Positions 18,752-29,300 of a stretch of 64,000 nucleotides of DNA are shown here, one piece after another. A program made the position numbers and the translations under genes. The DNA comes from a virus (lineage: Duplodnaviria; Heunggongvirae; Uroviricota; Caudoviricetes), in IMG/VR virus record IMGVR_UViG_3300045988_158233. The stretch is one strand, 5' to 3'. Numbering within the stretch: the first letter of the stretch is position 1; each line of letters opens with the position of its first letter. The notes beneath the pieces were generated by a model, which was not told the DNA's origin, did not search any database, and saw only the letters and a list, made by a program, of their open reading frames with translations.

Positions 18752-19972
18752 TTAATTAAAACCGAATGAATTAAGTTCTGCTTTGAATTTATCGACCATT
18801 TTTTCAACTTCGTTTACAATTGCGTGAATCTCTTCGTCTTTTCTCGGATTAGAATTGAGGTCAAAATATGCCTTATATAAGGCATATTTTGACAAGCTTC
18901 CTTCAATATTTTCAGAGAAAATATTGGTACGACCATCAGTTAATAAGATATCAGCAGATCGGGAATTTAAATTATATTTATAGTAAATCTTTATTAGTCT
19001 GCTTATCTCTTTTTCATTCTTGATTACCCTCTGTCTTTTACCAGCAATATTAAGACTCCAGCCTACATAACTAGTCAGATCGGAATTAAACTTACACACT
19101 TCCGCATCAGCTTTTTCCATATTTAGATTAATATTATTTCTCATGTGTAGCGGTAATTCGTTGAATTTTTGCTGTAAATGCTGTTTGCAGGGATTGTTGT
19201 AAGACCACAGAATTGCGAACGTAGCTCTTTGCATCCGGGTATTCAGATCGATGTTAAAGTTCTCACGATCACGAATCATTTCATCTACATAAAACTCTAC
19301 AGCTTTTCGGTATTCTTTGTTAAAGATCTCGGTAACATACATTTCTAAATAATGGACTTTCGAGATTGCCTCATCAAAAAAAAGCTCACTCTCAAAGAAG
19401 TTGTATTTATTTAAGAGATTAGAAAGTCTACTTAAGTCATAGGTTTTATTATTTTCAATATTAAGACCAAAAATGGCAATTAACAGACTTACTTTATGAT
19501 TAATACTGCTACGTAATTGAGCTATATAAATTCTCTTTTCATCTTCTGCTGATGACAGTAGATAAAACTCTTTATCTAAATAATTTAAAATTAGAATTAT
19601 GTGATTTACATATTTAATGTAAATAGGTTGTTTTGTTACATAATAATAAATGCTTTTGATGGAATTAATGCTCAATTTCGTATTAAACTCTTTGTCATTC
19701 AACAAAGTGTTATTTACGTCCTCAAGTAATTTATCATGTTGCTCTAGTAATATTCCGTACCATTCCTTAAAAGAGGCTTTTTTCATTTCAAGAAGTGAAT
19801 CTGCCGTTAATTGTGTTGCCTTCATTGCAGCTTTTGCACTATTTCTTGCCTCATAAGCAGCCCAAGCAGTAACAAAAGTAGCAAGTGAACCTATAGCCTC
19901 TTTGTATTCTTTAGCCACATCCCAAAAAATAATAGTTATTACACACAATATGAGAATTAATATTAAAGGCAT
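18752..19972 (-). CDS. Hypothetical membrane-anchored protein (AT-rich moron; candidate exclusion/abortive-infection-type function)
   Basis: 406-aa minus-strand ORF; N-terminal TM helix PLILILILCVITIIFW then a K/E/N/I/Y-rich helical domain; very AT-rich codon usage compared with neighbours (by eye). Confidence 0.6.
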   Translation of the reverse strand: MPLILILILCVITIIFWDVAKEYKEAIGSLATFVTAWAAYEARNSAKAAMKATQLTADSLLEMKKASFKEWYGILLEQHDKLLEDVNNTLLNDKEFNTKLSINSIKSIYYYVTKQPIYIKYVNHIILILNYLDKEFYLLSSAEDEKRIYIAQLRSSINHKVSLLIAIFGLNIENNKTYDLSRLSNLLNKYNFFESELFFDEAISKVHYLEMYVTEIFNKEYRKAVEFYVDEMIRDRENFNIDLNTRMQRATFAILWSYNNPCKQHLQQKFNELPLHMRNNINLNMEKADAEVCKFNSDLTSYVGWSLNIAGKRQRVIKNEKEISRLIKIYYKYNLNSRSADILLTDGRTNIFSENIEGSLSKYALYKAYFDLNSNPRKDEEIHAIVNEVEKMVDKFKAELNSFGFN

Positions 19973-20178
19973 GTTATCTATATCGTTAGTTAATTTTGAA
20001 CATAAATGATACTTAGTCCACCGCTAAATTTCATCAAATTTGATAATTTTCTTGACGATCATGTCTCAAAATTATTTATACTTGGCATATTTGAGATATA
20101 TAATAATAGGTAATAACACACCTATCACATTTAAGCATCAACAAGATAAATTACGGACCCAGACCAGAAAGGAAACTA

Positions 20179-20427
20179 ATGAGAAATATACTTATCTACG
20201 GACGAGATAACTGCTCATACTGCAAACGTGCGGTCGAGCTGGCGAAGAAACTAAAGGGACATGGCTACGGTGATTATGAGTACATCGACATCACCACTGC
20301 CGGTATCGATAAGGAAAAACTTAGCGAAATTGTTGGTAAACCGGTAGAGACTATCCCCCAGGTGCTGATCGATGGCCAGCCGATTGGCGGATACACAGAA
20401 CTGGCTGCATACGTCAGCACCCTCTGA
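20179..20427 (+). CDS. Glutaredoxin / NrdH-like thioredoxin-fold protein
   Basis: 82 aa; CxxC active site in RDNCSYCKRAVEL near the N-terminus. Confidence 0.7.
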   Translation: MRNILIYGRDNCSYCKRAVELAKKLKGHGYGDYEYIDITTAGIDKEKLSEIVGKPVETIPQVLIDGQPIGGYTELAAYVSTL

Positions 20428-20432
20428 TTTTA

Positions 20433-20455
20433 ACGGCTCACAGGAGCCGTTTTTT
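20433..20455 (+). terminator. Rho-independent terminator
   Basis: acggctc-acag-gagccgt hairpin followed by tttttt. Confidence 0.65.
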
Positions 20456-20638
20456 ATTCCCACCAAACTCACACCTGTTTCCATTAAAATTCAAAAAACA
20501 ACGCCTGAATGATTCCATACCTACTATGTATGGAATCATTGCTGAAAATGAGTTACTTTTACTCTTGATCCTATAAGAATCTATGCCTAATATACTGTTT
20601 ACTTATACAGTGCATCGGCGTAACTCGGTGATTGTCAT

Positions 20639-21742
20639 ATGAAAAATAGCTTTGACAGAGCACGCGCTGCGGAGAACACCTCAAAAGAGGCGATAGAGTA
20701 TCTCGAAAGAGCATCTCAAATGCAGGCCGTTATGATCTCCCAGGTCAGCAATGACATGAGATTCTCGGACGCATTCATGTTATTCACTCGCTTATCTCTG
20801 CTGATAACCAGACGTCGGCCAGAGATCGCTGTTCATTGTATTTTGATACATGTTTTGCCGCACATTGCCGATGTAAAAGTAAGTGACATTAATAGGTTCA
20901 TGGTGAACCAACTGGTCAACCCACTAATACTGGATGGCAAAATTGTTATGGGCCGCCGCGTTTTCTCTCTGATGAAGCAGTTCCTTAGCTGGTGCGCCTT
21001 CCAGGGGATGATAGACGTGTCACCGTTAAACGATATGTCACTTAACAAAGTTGCCGGTGGCGCAAAGCCCACACCTCGCGAGCGGAAGCTGACCGACGCA
21101 GAGGTATGGGTGTTCTGGAATATATGGGACTACTTCAATGTGTGTGCTGGTACAAAATGGGCGGCCAGGCTGTGTCTTGTATCAGCAAGACGACCTGACG
21201 AAGTACTGCGGGCTAAAAAAAGTGAGTTCAATCTTAAGCGTGGGGTTTGGAATCAAGGCAAGAGGAACAAATCTGCCCGTGAGCATTCTCTGCCTTTAAG
21301 CTCATTAATGCGCACTTGTATTGAAGAGTTGTTCGAATATGGTAAAGACAGCCAGTGGCTCGTGCCTTCGAATAAAAAAATCGGGAAAGACCTTCCTATG
21401 TCTAAAGTGGCAATAGCCCAGGCATTACGTCGTATTCTGGAACGACCAGAACTGATGGAGCTTGAGCCATTTACACCCCGAGATTTGCGCCGTACTGCGC
21501 GTAGTTACTTCCCAGCATTAGGCATAAGCCAGGAGGTATCACGTAAAATCATGAACCACAGTCTTGAGGGGATAGATCGGGTCTACGACCGGCACGATTA
21601 TATGGACGAGATGCGAGACGCCTTAGAAAGTTTCTCGACGTACATCGCATCAATCGTAGAGCAACCGGATTTAGACGAAATTGACCACAAATTTAAGGGA
21701 GATCGTCTATCAACAGAGCTTATTCGTGTAAATTTTTCATAG
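20639..21742 (+). CDS. int: Tyrosine recombinase / phage integrase
   Basis: 367 aa; catalytic-domain residues in order: R in ARRPDEVLR, H-x-x-R in HSL...RRTARSY, and Y in RVYDRH. Confidence 0.75.
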   Translation: MKNSFDRARAAENTSKEAIEYLERASQMQAVMISQVSNDMRFSDAFMLFTRLSLLITRRRPEIAVHCILIHVLPHIADVKVSDINRFMVNQLVNPLILDGKIVMGRRVFSLMKQFLSWCAFQGMIDVSPLNDMSLNKVAGGAKPTPRERKLTDAEVWVFWNIWDYFNVCAGTKWAARLCLVSARRPDEVLRAKKSEFNLKRGVWNQGKRNKSAREHSLPLSSLMRTCIEELFEYGKDSQWLVPSNKKIGKDLPMSKVAIAQALRRILERPELMELEPFTPRDLRRTARSYFPALGISQEVSRKIMNHSLEGIDRVYDRHDYMDEMRDALESFSTYIASIVEQPDLDEIDHKFKGDRLSTELIRVNFS

Positions 21743-22123
21743 AGACTTTATGGCCTCAACAACCTTTTGTGATGCGCCTTTCTCTTTACCGAATCGCTCG
21801 TTATATGCAGCAAGAACCTGTTTTTCGTCCTCGTTAAGAGGAGCAGTGCCTTCTTTGTATAAAAATGCTGCGAGTTCGGGTTGGCGTTCTTCCAGCACCA
21901 TCATCATAAGACGACTTGGCTCAATACCCAGTGCCAGCGCCAGCGGACGAACCTTATCGATAGGCAAAGGAATTTTGCCGCTTTTAATTAAAGAAAGGTT
22001 GTTGGCGTTTTTATACCCAATTGTTTTGGCTATCTGGGCCTGGCTCATAGGTGAGGATTCAATCAACCCTGCGATAAAAGCAGCGTAGCGACTTTCTATA
22101 AATTCAATCTTGTTATCAGACAT
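21737..22123 (-). CDS. HTH (XRE-family) transcriptional regulator, repressor-like
   Basis: 128-aa minus-strand ORF with helix-turn-helix signature MSQAQIAKTIGYKNANNLSLIKSGK; divergent from a small + strand ORF across an AT-rich intergenic region. Confidence 0.6.
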   Translation of the reverse strand: MSDNKIEFIESRYAAFIAGLIESSPMSQAQIAKTIGYKNANNLSLIKSGKIPLPIDKVRPLALALGIEPSRLMMMVLEERQPELAAFLYKEGTAPLNEDEKQVLAAYNERFGKEKGASQKVVEAIKSL

Positions 22124-22374
22124 GGTTACAACCTTTGCGCGTTCAATTCTCTCTGGTAAGTGCTTACCGATATTACATCAAAGGTTAGGGTTGTAAAGCT
22201 ATTATCATTTTTTTCGATAGGCACTTAAAAGACCGGTTAAAGGCCATTGCACGGAGAAAAATTAGCCCAAAACAGGTAAGAAAATCAACTTGCATATGAT
22301 ATGTATGTATTCAGTATTGATACAAATTTTAGTAGTATTCCTTACCATAGTATAAGTTAGAATGGATTGATTGA

Positions 22375-22587
22375 ATGAACACCACTATTTCCAGCCTAAT
22401 CGCTCTTGAGATCGGACACGTACAGAAATTAGCTGATGAGTGTGTAGCTGACATCCTCACCGATCTACCGAATGAGCAGATTCAGGTTGGTGTGAATGAC
22501 ACAACTGGATTTATATTCGAACTTAACAACAAACGCTTCACGCTTCTCAATACCGGCTCCGGGTCTTTAGCCGTCAGAATCTGTTAA
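22375..22587 (+). CDS. Hypothetical small protein, divergent from the repressor (Cro-like position)
   Basis: 70-aa ORF. Confidence 0.3.
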   Translation: MNTTISSLIALEIGHVQKLADECVADILTDLPNEQIQVGVNDTTGFIFELNNKRFTLLNTGSGSLAVRIC

Positions 22588-22685
22588 CCCCTCTTCTCCC
22601 TGCGCGAATGGCTTAGTTCCCTGTTCGCGCAGTGCTACATTAAACACACTAGTAAATAATTTGTTTTCATAACAAAGGATTAGCC

Positions 22686-24794
22686 ATGTCTAAAAAACGT
22701 TCCATCAAAGAGGTTCAGGACTTCCGTGACAGTGTAAAACGAGTAGTCGCTCTCCTTTCAGGTAAAAACATCCCTGTTGCAGAACGAGGGGACGACGCTT
22801 ATGTACGCTATAACGATGATGGAGAGCCAATTCTCGTAAACATCCCATCAATCCCGGATAACGCAACACCGGCATTGATGAATGCTGTGCGCGGATTTCT
22901 CGATCATGAGGTTGCTCACATTTTGTTTACCGATATTCGTGTGTCCAACAAAATGAGAGAAAAAGGACGCGTTCCTTCCTGGTCGCTATGGAATGCCTTA
23001 GAAGACGTGTTCATCGAGCGAAAAATGGGTCAGGTCTTTAACGGAACAAGACGTAATCTGATGGCAACTCAGCGCCTTATAATCGAAAAAGTCTTTAAAC
23101 CAAAGGCTTCAGAGGCTATTGCTTATTGTGGCAAAGATCAGCGCGCGCTTTTTCTAAACTTCTTTCTCTGTCCGGTTGTAAGAGCCTGGGATGGCCAAGC
23201 ACCGTTCGTAGATTTCATGGATGAATATTGGCCTGTCATTGAGAAACCAATTTCATTATTAAAAGAACATGGTATCGATGTGGCCGTGCGTAACATGTCT
23301 TGCACCGAGGATTGTGTAAAGGTGGCTGCGACCATAGCTAAGATCCTCAAAGACACTGAAAGTGAAAGCAAAGGTAAGGAGTCAGCTCCGGGAAAAACTT
23401 CCGATCCTTCAGACGCTGACCAGACGGATGCCTCTGGAGAAAACAATGAAGACAACGAAGATCATGAGACACCCTCAGCGTTAGATAACCACAAATCTAT
23501 CAAATCAGAATCACAGAGTAAGCACAAACATGATAATAACGACAGTGATGATTCAGATAATTCTGAATCATCAGAAACAATATTCGATGATACAGAAAAT
23601 GATAAAGAGGTATCAGATTCTGATGCTTCTGATAACGCGGTGTCAGAATCATTTACCGCTGACCACGAAAAAAGAAAAACGACAGAAGACGGCTCTTCAG
23701 ATATTCCAACTCCGTCAAAAATGAGTCTGGAAGAGGCTTTAGAGGAGCTGGATAGCATAGAAGATGAAGTCGGAGGCATGACAGAAGATGCTCTATCCGA
23801 AACGATTAAAAGCGAGTTAACAGAAAGCTCGAAAAGCGAATACAGGCCATACAATCGCTCATACGACTTCATCGGCTCGATTGATCAGGCAGAAGCCCAT
23901 ATCAAACGGCTTATTAAAACATTCTCCGATATTGATTTAGGAGGATATCCAATCAGCCGCTATCGCATCGTTCCTGAAGGCAACCAGCTCTTCGACAAAT
24001 ATATTGAAAAGCATCTTTCGTCAGGTGTTTCGTCGACGCTGGCAAAAGACCTGGAGCGAGCAATAGCAAGCAGAAACAGAGTTCAGTTTATACCGGGCCA
24101 GCGTCGGGGGCGCATTCATGGTTCTAGTATCTACAGATTAGCAATGAATGATGATCGCGTGTTTCGTAAAAAAGAAGAATCTAAAGCCGTTAACGCCTGT
24201 GTTCAACAAGTGATTGATTTATCAGGTTCAATGAGTGGTATAACGATACAATTGGCTCTTGCAAGTGCATATACCATCGCCGATGCCCTTGATCGAATAA
24301 ATGTTCCCAACATTATCACCGGCTTCACTACATTTGGTAGTCATATGGCGGCAGGAGAACTTAAGGCTGTCAAGTATGAGTTCTCTCGCTTTGAATCTTT
24401 AATGCTACCTATCATCAAAAATTGGAATGAAAAGGTAAATTCTCGCGAAGTTCGCTCACGTATGGGGTGCGTAGGCTACACATTCCCACTTCTTAATAAC
24501 GTGGATGGTGAAAGCATAGCCAGCCTTGCATCGTTATTTTCCGGTCGCATGGAGGACAGGAAGATCATGCTTGTTCTGAGTGATGGCGCGCCGTGGGCTG
24601 TTGGGAGAGGTTTTGACGCTCATTTGCGTTCGGTTGCGAAGCAAATTGAAACGCAGACTGACATTGATTTGATGGCAATTGGCATCATGACTGACGCACC
24701 GGAGAGATTTTACTCAAATCATGCCCTGGTAACGAGCGTTGATAGTCTTGGTTCATCTGTAGTTACTGAACTATCTCGTATCATTTTAAAGTGA
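22686..24794 (+). CDS. CobT-like protein with C-terminal vWA domain and long acidic Ser/Asp/Glu-rich linker
   Basis: 702 aa; MIDAS motif VIDLSGSMSG in the C-terminal domain; ~120-aa low-complexity acidic region mid-protein. Confidence 0.65.
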   Translation: MSKKRSIKEVQDFRDSVKRVVALLSGKNIPVAERGDDAYVRYNDDGEPILVNIPSIPDNATPALMNAVRGFLDHEVAHILFTDIRVSNKMREKGRVPSWSLWNALEDVFIERKMGQVFNGTRRNLMATQRLIIEKVFKPKASEAIAYCGKDQRALFLNFFLCPVVRAWDGQAPFVDFMDEYWPVIEKPISLLKEHGIDVAVRNMSCTEDCVKVAATIAKILKDTESESKGKESAPGKTSDPSDADQTDASGENNEDNEDHETPSALDNHKSIKSESQSKHKHDNNDSDDSDNSESSETIFDDTENDKEVSDSDASDNAVSESFTADHEKRKTTEDGSSDIPTPSKMSLEEALEELDSIEDEVGGMTEDALSETIKSELTESSKSEYRPYNRSYDFIGSIDQAEAHIKRLIKTFSDIDLGGYPISRYRIVPEGNQLFDKYIEKHLSSGVSSTLAKDLERAIASRNRVQFIPGQRRGRIHGSSIYRLAMNDDRVFRKKEESKAVNACVQQVIDLSGSMSGITIQLALASAYTIADALDRINVPNIITGFTTFGSHMAAGELKAVKYEFSRFESLMLPIIKNWNEKVNSREVRSRMGCVGYTFPLLNNVDGESIASLASLFSGRMEDRKIMLVLSDGAPWAVGRGFDAHLRSVAKQIETQTDIDLMAIGIMTDAPERFYSNHALVTSVDSLGSSVVTELSRIILK

Positions 24795-24889
24795 ACAAAA
24801 CAGCCTTAACGATAAGTAACCACTTACGATAGATAATGATATATTTATATAAGAAGTTGAACGCTCATTAGAAAACAAAGGAAAAACGC

Positions 24890-26125
24890 ATGACTACTAC
24901 TGCACTGCAAAATGAAAAAAATCCTTCTGATTACCTTGTTTGCAAGTGGTGCGGAAAATCATTTCACTATTTTAAGTCCCATGTAGCCAATGGTAATTGC
25001 GAGGGCATTCCTGAGTCAGTAAAAGATGCCGATCCTGACACCGTACTGAAAATGTACACAACACAGTTTCCAGATGAGCCAACGCTATCGAAAAAGGCAC
25101 TTGATGCAATTCAAGCTAAACGTGCCGAGCAAAAAAGCGAAATGGCCAAATCATCTGGCGTGACCAGTAGCCCAGGCTACACAGGCACAGTTGAGTACAA
25201 GACAGATCTGGTCGCAGCTCACGAACTGCTAAATGTAACGGTGAAAGAACTCGGAACAAAACGTGGGACGCCGCTCATGGTTAGCGTCAACGTCAATACG
25301 CCGTTTCCAGAGTTCGTTCCAGAAGTGAAGAAGGGATACGTATATGGCGACTTCGAACTGATCAAAGACATTTTCATGATGCTTGAACTTGGCATACCTG
25401 GCTATTTGTGGGGTCATGCAGGAACAGGCAAATCTTCATTGCCTACACAACTATGTGCTTTGCTCAATCGTCCGTTAATCCGTGCCCAACATACAGCATC
25501 AATGGAAGAGGCTCATGTTACGGGACAAATTCTGGCGCGTGATGGCTCTACGTATTTCGAGCCTGGCTTGCTTGCGCTCGCAATGAAGCATGGCTGGGTT
25601 TACCTCGCGGATGAATACGACTTTGCGTTTCCACAGATTCTTGGCGTGTATCAGCCAGTGCTGGAAGGTGAAGCGTTGGTCATCAAAGAGGCGACTCCAG
25701 AATGGCGTCGCATTACTCCGCATGAACGGTTTGCTTTCATTGGCACTGGCAACACGAACGGATCTGGTGATGAAACCGGCTTGTACCAGGGTACAAACAT
25801 CCAGAACGCCGCGAACTTTTCGCGTTTTGGCATCGTTTCGAATGTGAAATACATGAGCAAAGAGGCAGAGATCAACATGTTGATAAATGCCGGTATCGTG
25901 GATGAATACGCAGAAAAGATGGTTAAGTTTGCCGGTATCGTTCGCGATGGATACGAAGAACACCTTATCAGTCAGCCAATTGGCCCTCGTGAACTTTTGT
26001 TGTCGGCCAAGATTGGAATGATGCGAGGCGACTTTGTGACAGGTATTGAGCGTTCTTTCATTAACAAACTCCCTTCAGCTTCTGCACAAGCGGCTCGTGA
26101 AGTTGTTCAAAAAATATTTGGTTGA
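24890..26125 (+). CDS. CobS/MoxR-like AAA+ ATPase
   Basis: 411 aa; Walker A GHAGTGKSSLPTQL, Walker B-like VYLADEYDF; paired with the vWA protein as in MoxR-vWA couples. Confidence 0.65.
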   Translation: MTTTALQNEKNPSDYLVCKWCGKSFHYFKSHVANGNCEGIPESVKDADPDTVLKMYTTQFPDEPTLSKKALDAIQAKRAEQKSEMAKSSGVTSSPGYTGTVEYKTDLVAAHELLNVTVKELGTKRGTPLMVSVNVNTPFPEFVPEVKKGYVYGDFELIKDIFMMLELGIPGYLWGHAGTGKSSLPTQLCALLNRPLIRAQHTASMEEAHVTGQILARDGSTYFEPGLLALAMKHGWVYLADEYDFAFPQILGVYQPVLEGEALVIKEATPEWRRITPHERFAFIGTGNTNGSGDETGLYQGTNIQNAANFSRFGIVSNVKYMSKEAEINMLINAGIVDEYAEKMVKFAGIVRDGYEEHLISQPIGPRELLLSAKIGMMRGDFVTGIERSFINKLPSASAQAAREVVQKIFG

Positions 26126-26331
26126 TCGTGCGTAAAGGATGTTTCGGCTCTCTTATCGCTGCTTCTGAAACTGGTAAGGCTTGTCTGGTGTGTCCAGACA
26201 AGCCCGATTGTCACCAATCAGCAAAAGAAGTTGCGATTTCGATGCATGGGAAGTTCGTAGGCTTCCCCAATGACAAAATCAAAAAAACCAGAAAGGTAAA
26301 AACACATGAAGGCACTGATGGTTCGAACTGA
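26122..26331 (+). CDS. Hypothetical small Cys-rich protein
   Basis: 69-aa ORF with CLVCPDKPDCH; overlaps both neighbours, so it may not be real. Confidence 0.2.
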   Translation: MIVRKGCFGSLIAASETGKACLVCPDKPDCHQSAKEVAISMHGKFVGFPNDKIKKTRKVKTHEGTDGSN

Positions 26332-29300
26332 CTTCTCACTTGGGGAGTCGGCTCTAAAAGCAGAAAACGCGGTGAAGATTGCCAGAGAAGCTGGCTACAC
26401 CGCTGTAATTTCAGCAGATAGCATGAATATTGCGAGCGTTATTCCACTACAACGTGCCGCTGGTGACGACATGGCGGTTATTTGTGGTGTGAAACTAAAC
26501 ATTGTTGATGATCCCACATACGAGCACCGGGCTAAACTTGCTAAAGAATCTATGAGATGTATGGAATCATTAGAGCGGGGACGTAACTACTCGTTTACCG
26601 CTCTAATTAAAAATGAGCAAGGATATCGCGACATCTGCGAACTAATGACGGTGGCCAACACACGAGAACAGTTCTACTTTGTACCGCGTCTCTCGCTCGA
26701 ACAGTTGGTTTCTACATATGCCAAAGGCAACATCATCCTGCTCACTTCCGACATCGGTAGCGTGTTCCAACGCAACGATTTTGCAAAAATCATAAGCTCA
26801 CTGATTACAGCGGGCGGGAAAGACAACTTCTATAGCGTGGTTTATCCGCACCCTACCCCATTCTACGACCAGATTAACGTCCGAGCGATGAAAGTAGCCA
26901 GCGCACTGAAAATAGAGCCAGTAGCGTTCTATCCCGCTTATTACGAATCGATCGACGATGCAGACATTAAAGACATTGCGCACATGGTTACGAACAACAT
27001 AAAAATCGACCAGCCGCATCGTCTGCGTATCCCCCACCAGCGAGATAACGCCGTCAATGGTCGCCGCCATCTCCTTGAGGCGCTTAAAGCCTTCTCCGTT
27101 CGCATGGATGTGCCGGTAACAGCTGCAATGGCCTCAACAACGCAGGACTCCATTATCGAAGCCTGTACATGGCGCTGGCATGAATTGCCACCAGCACTGC
27201 CCAAGATGGCAGACGACGAGCCTGCAACGCTGATGAAACTGGCTGTTGCAGGGCTGCGCAAACGTCTTACCACAAAAGAGTTTGGCTACACACCACCGGC
27301 TTCTGAGAACAGGGTTTATGTTGAGCGACTTAAGTACGAAATGGACACGCTTACTCGCCTGGGATTTTGTGGTTACTTCCTGATGGTACGCGATCTGATG
27401 AATCACAGCCGTGAAACTGGCATTCCTGTCGGGCCTGGTCGTGGTTCCTCCGCTGGCTCTTTGGTGGCATGGTGCATAGGCATAACCAACGTCGACCCTA
27501 TCCGTCACGGTCTTCTGTTTGAACGTTTCATCAACCCTGAGCGTCTCGACTTGCCAGATGCGGATTTGGACTTCAGCCAGGCACGTCGCCATGAGGTGAT
27601 CGAGTATCTGAATGAACGATACGGCGAAGATTACGTTGCGGGTATTCCGAACTTCACATATCTGGGCGCAGCCTCTGCACTACGTGACACCGCTCGTATT
27701 TATGGTGTGGAGTCCGCAGATATGGCGGTATCAAAAGAACTGAAGAACGTCGAGGATGATAGCCTTCCATTGGAAGAGCTGCGCGAACAACTGGCAAGTC
27801 TCGACAAATACGCGACAAAATATCCTGATGCATTCAATGCAGCCTGCAAGTTACAAAGCCTTATGCGTGGCTTTGGTAGACATGCGGCAGGGATGATCGT
27901 AGCAGGTGTTCCTCTGACAGAACGTACACCGGTTGAGCGCCGTGGTGACGCGCGTTGTATCGCATTTGACAAGCGTTACTGCGAGGCTATGGGCCTAATT
28001 AAGCTGGACGTACTTGGCCTAGCAACTCTCGATTTGCTTGATAGTGCAAAACGCTACATTAAAGAGAACACAGGTGAAGATATCAATCTTGATGCCATTT
28101 CTCTTGAAGATCGCAAGGTGCTGGATGGTTTTGCTGCTGGGTACACTCAAGGTGTTTTCCAGCTTGAATCAGGCCCAATGCGCAAGCTGCTTAAAGATTT
28201 AGGTGGTGGAATTGAGCCAATGAGCTTTAAAACGGTCGTCGCTACGACTGCGCTCTTCCGGCCGGGGCCAATTCAGTCAGGCATGTTGGATGACTATGTT
28301 TCTGTCGCCAAAGGCTTTATGACGCCGGAATCATTACACCCCGTTCTTGATGAACTTACCGCGGAAACAAATGGCGTGATTCTCTATCAGGAACAGACGA
28401 TGAACGCGACTCGATTGCTTGCCGGCTTCACAATGGCTGAAGCTGACGCTGTGCGTTCCGCAATCGGTAAGAAGAACATGGAAAAAATGAAGAGCATGGG
28501 CGAGAAGTTCATCGTTCAGGCTCAAGCTGGCTGGATAGACGTTGAGCTGGAAGATGGCACTACACAGCGCATTCACCGTGCGGAACATTTTAAATGCGAA
28601 GACGGAACTCTGAAAACTGTCGAAGAGGCACTTGAGCACGGCGCAAAACTACCTATAAACGCAGTACGCGTTACAGCGTCACATCCAGGGCTATCAGAGA
28701 TGAAAGCGAAGGAGATCTGGACCGCATTCGAAAAAAATGGTGCCTACCAGTTCAACAAATCACACTCTGTTGCTTACTCCTTGATCAGTTATCAATCTAT
28801 GTGGTTGAAAACTCATTATCCCGCAGAGTTTTTCGCTGCTGCTCTCACTATTCTTGGCGAAGATAAACACCAGGGGCTGGTTAAAGATGCGCTGACCTAT
28901 GGTATTCGCGTATTGCCACCAGACGTTAACGTGTCATCCAACCGAATCGAGATCCGCACGCTTGAAGATGGCAGCCAGGTGCTGTATGCGCCCTTCTCTG
29001 CTGTGAAGGGGTGTTCTGAGAATGGCTGCCAAGCCATCATGAGAGCGCGAGAAAAAGTTGGCGGCAAATTCGAGTCACTGGCGCAATTCGAAGAAGCTGT
29101 CGAGAAACGTGCCTGTAATAGTCGAGTGCGCGAATCGCTGCAAAAAGTAGGGGCGTTTGCATCCATCGAGCCAGGTAGTCTGCCAGCAACTGATCCAGAG
29201 CGCCTACGCGACCAGGCTGAATTGATGGGAAACCTTGTCATAGACGCAGTTAAAGCCTCACGTCCGTTTGAGATGAACTCCAAACGTTCGGCTGAGATTA

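Noticed and set aside
23462-23872. Minus-strand 136-aa Ser-rich ORF and other antisense ORFs inside the vWA gene
   Set aside because: Mirror-frame artefacts of the acidic Ser/Asp/Glu low-complexity coding region on the + strand.
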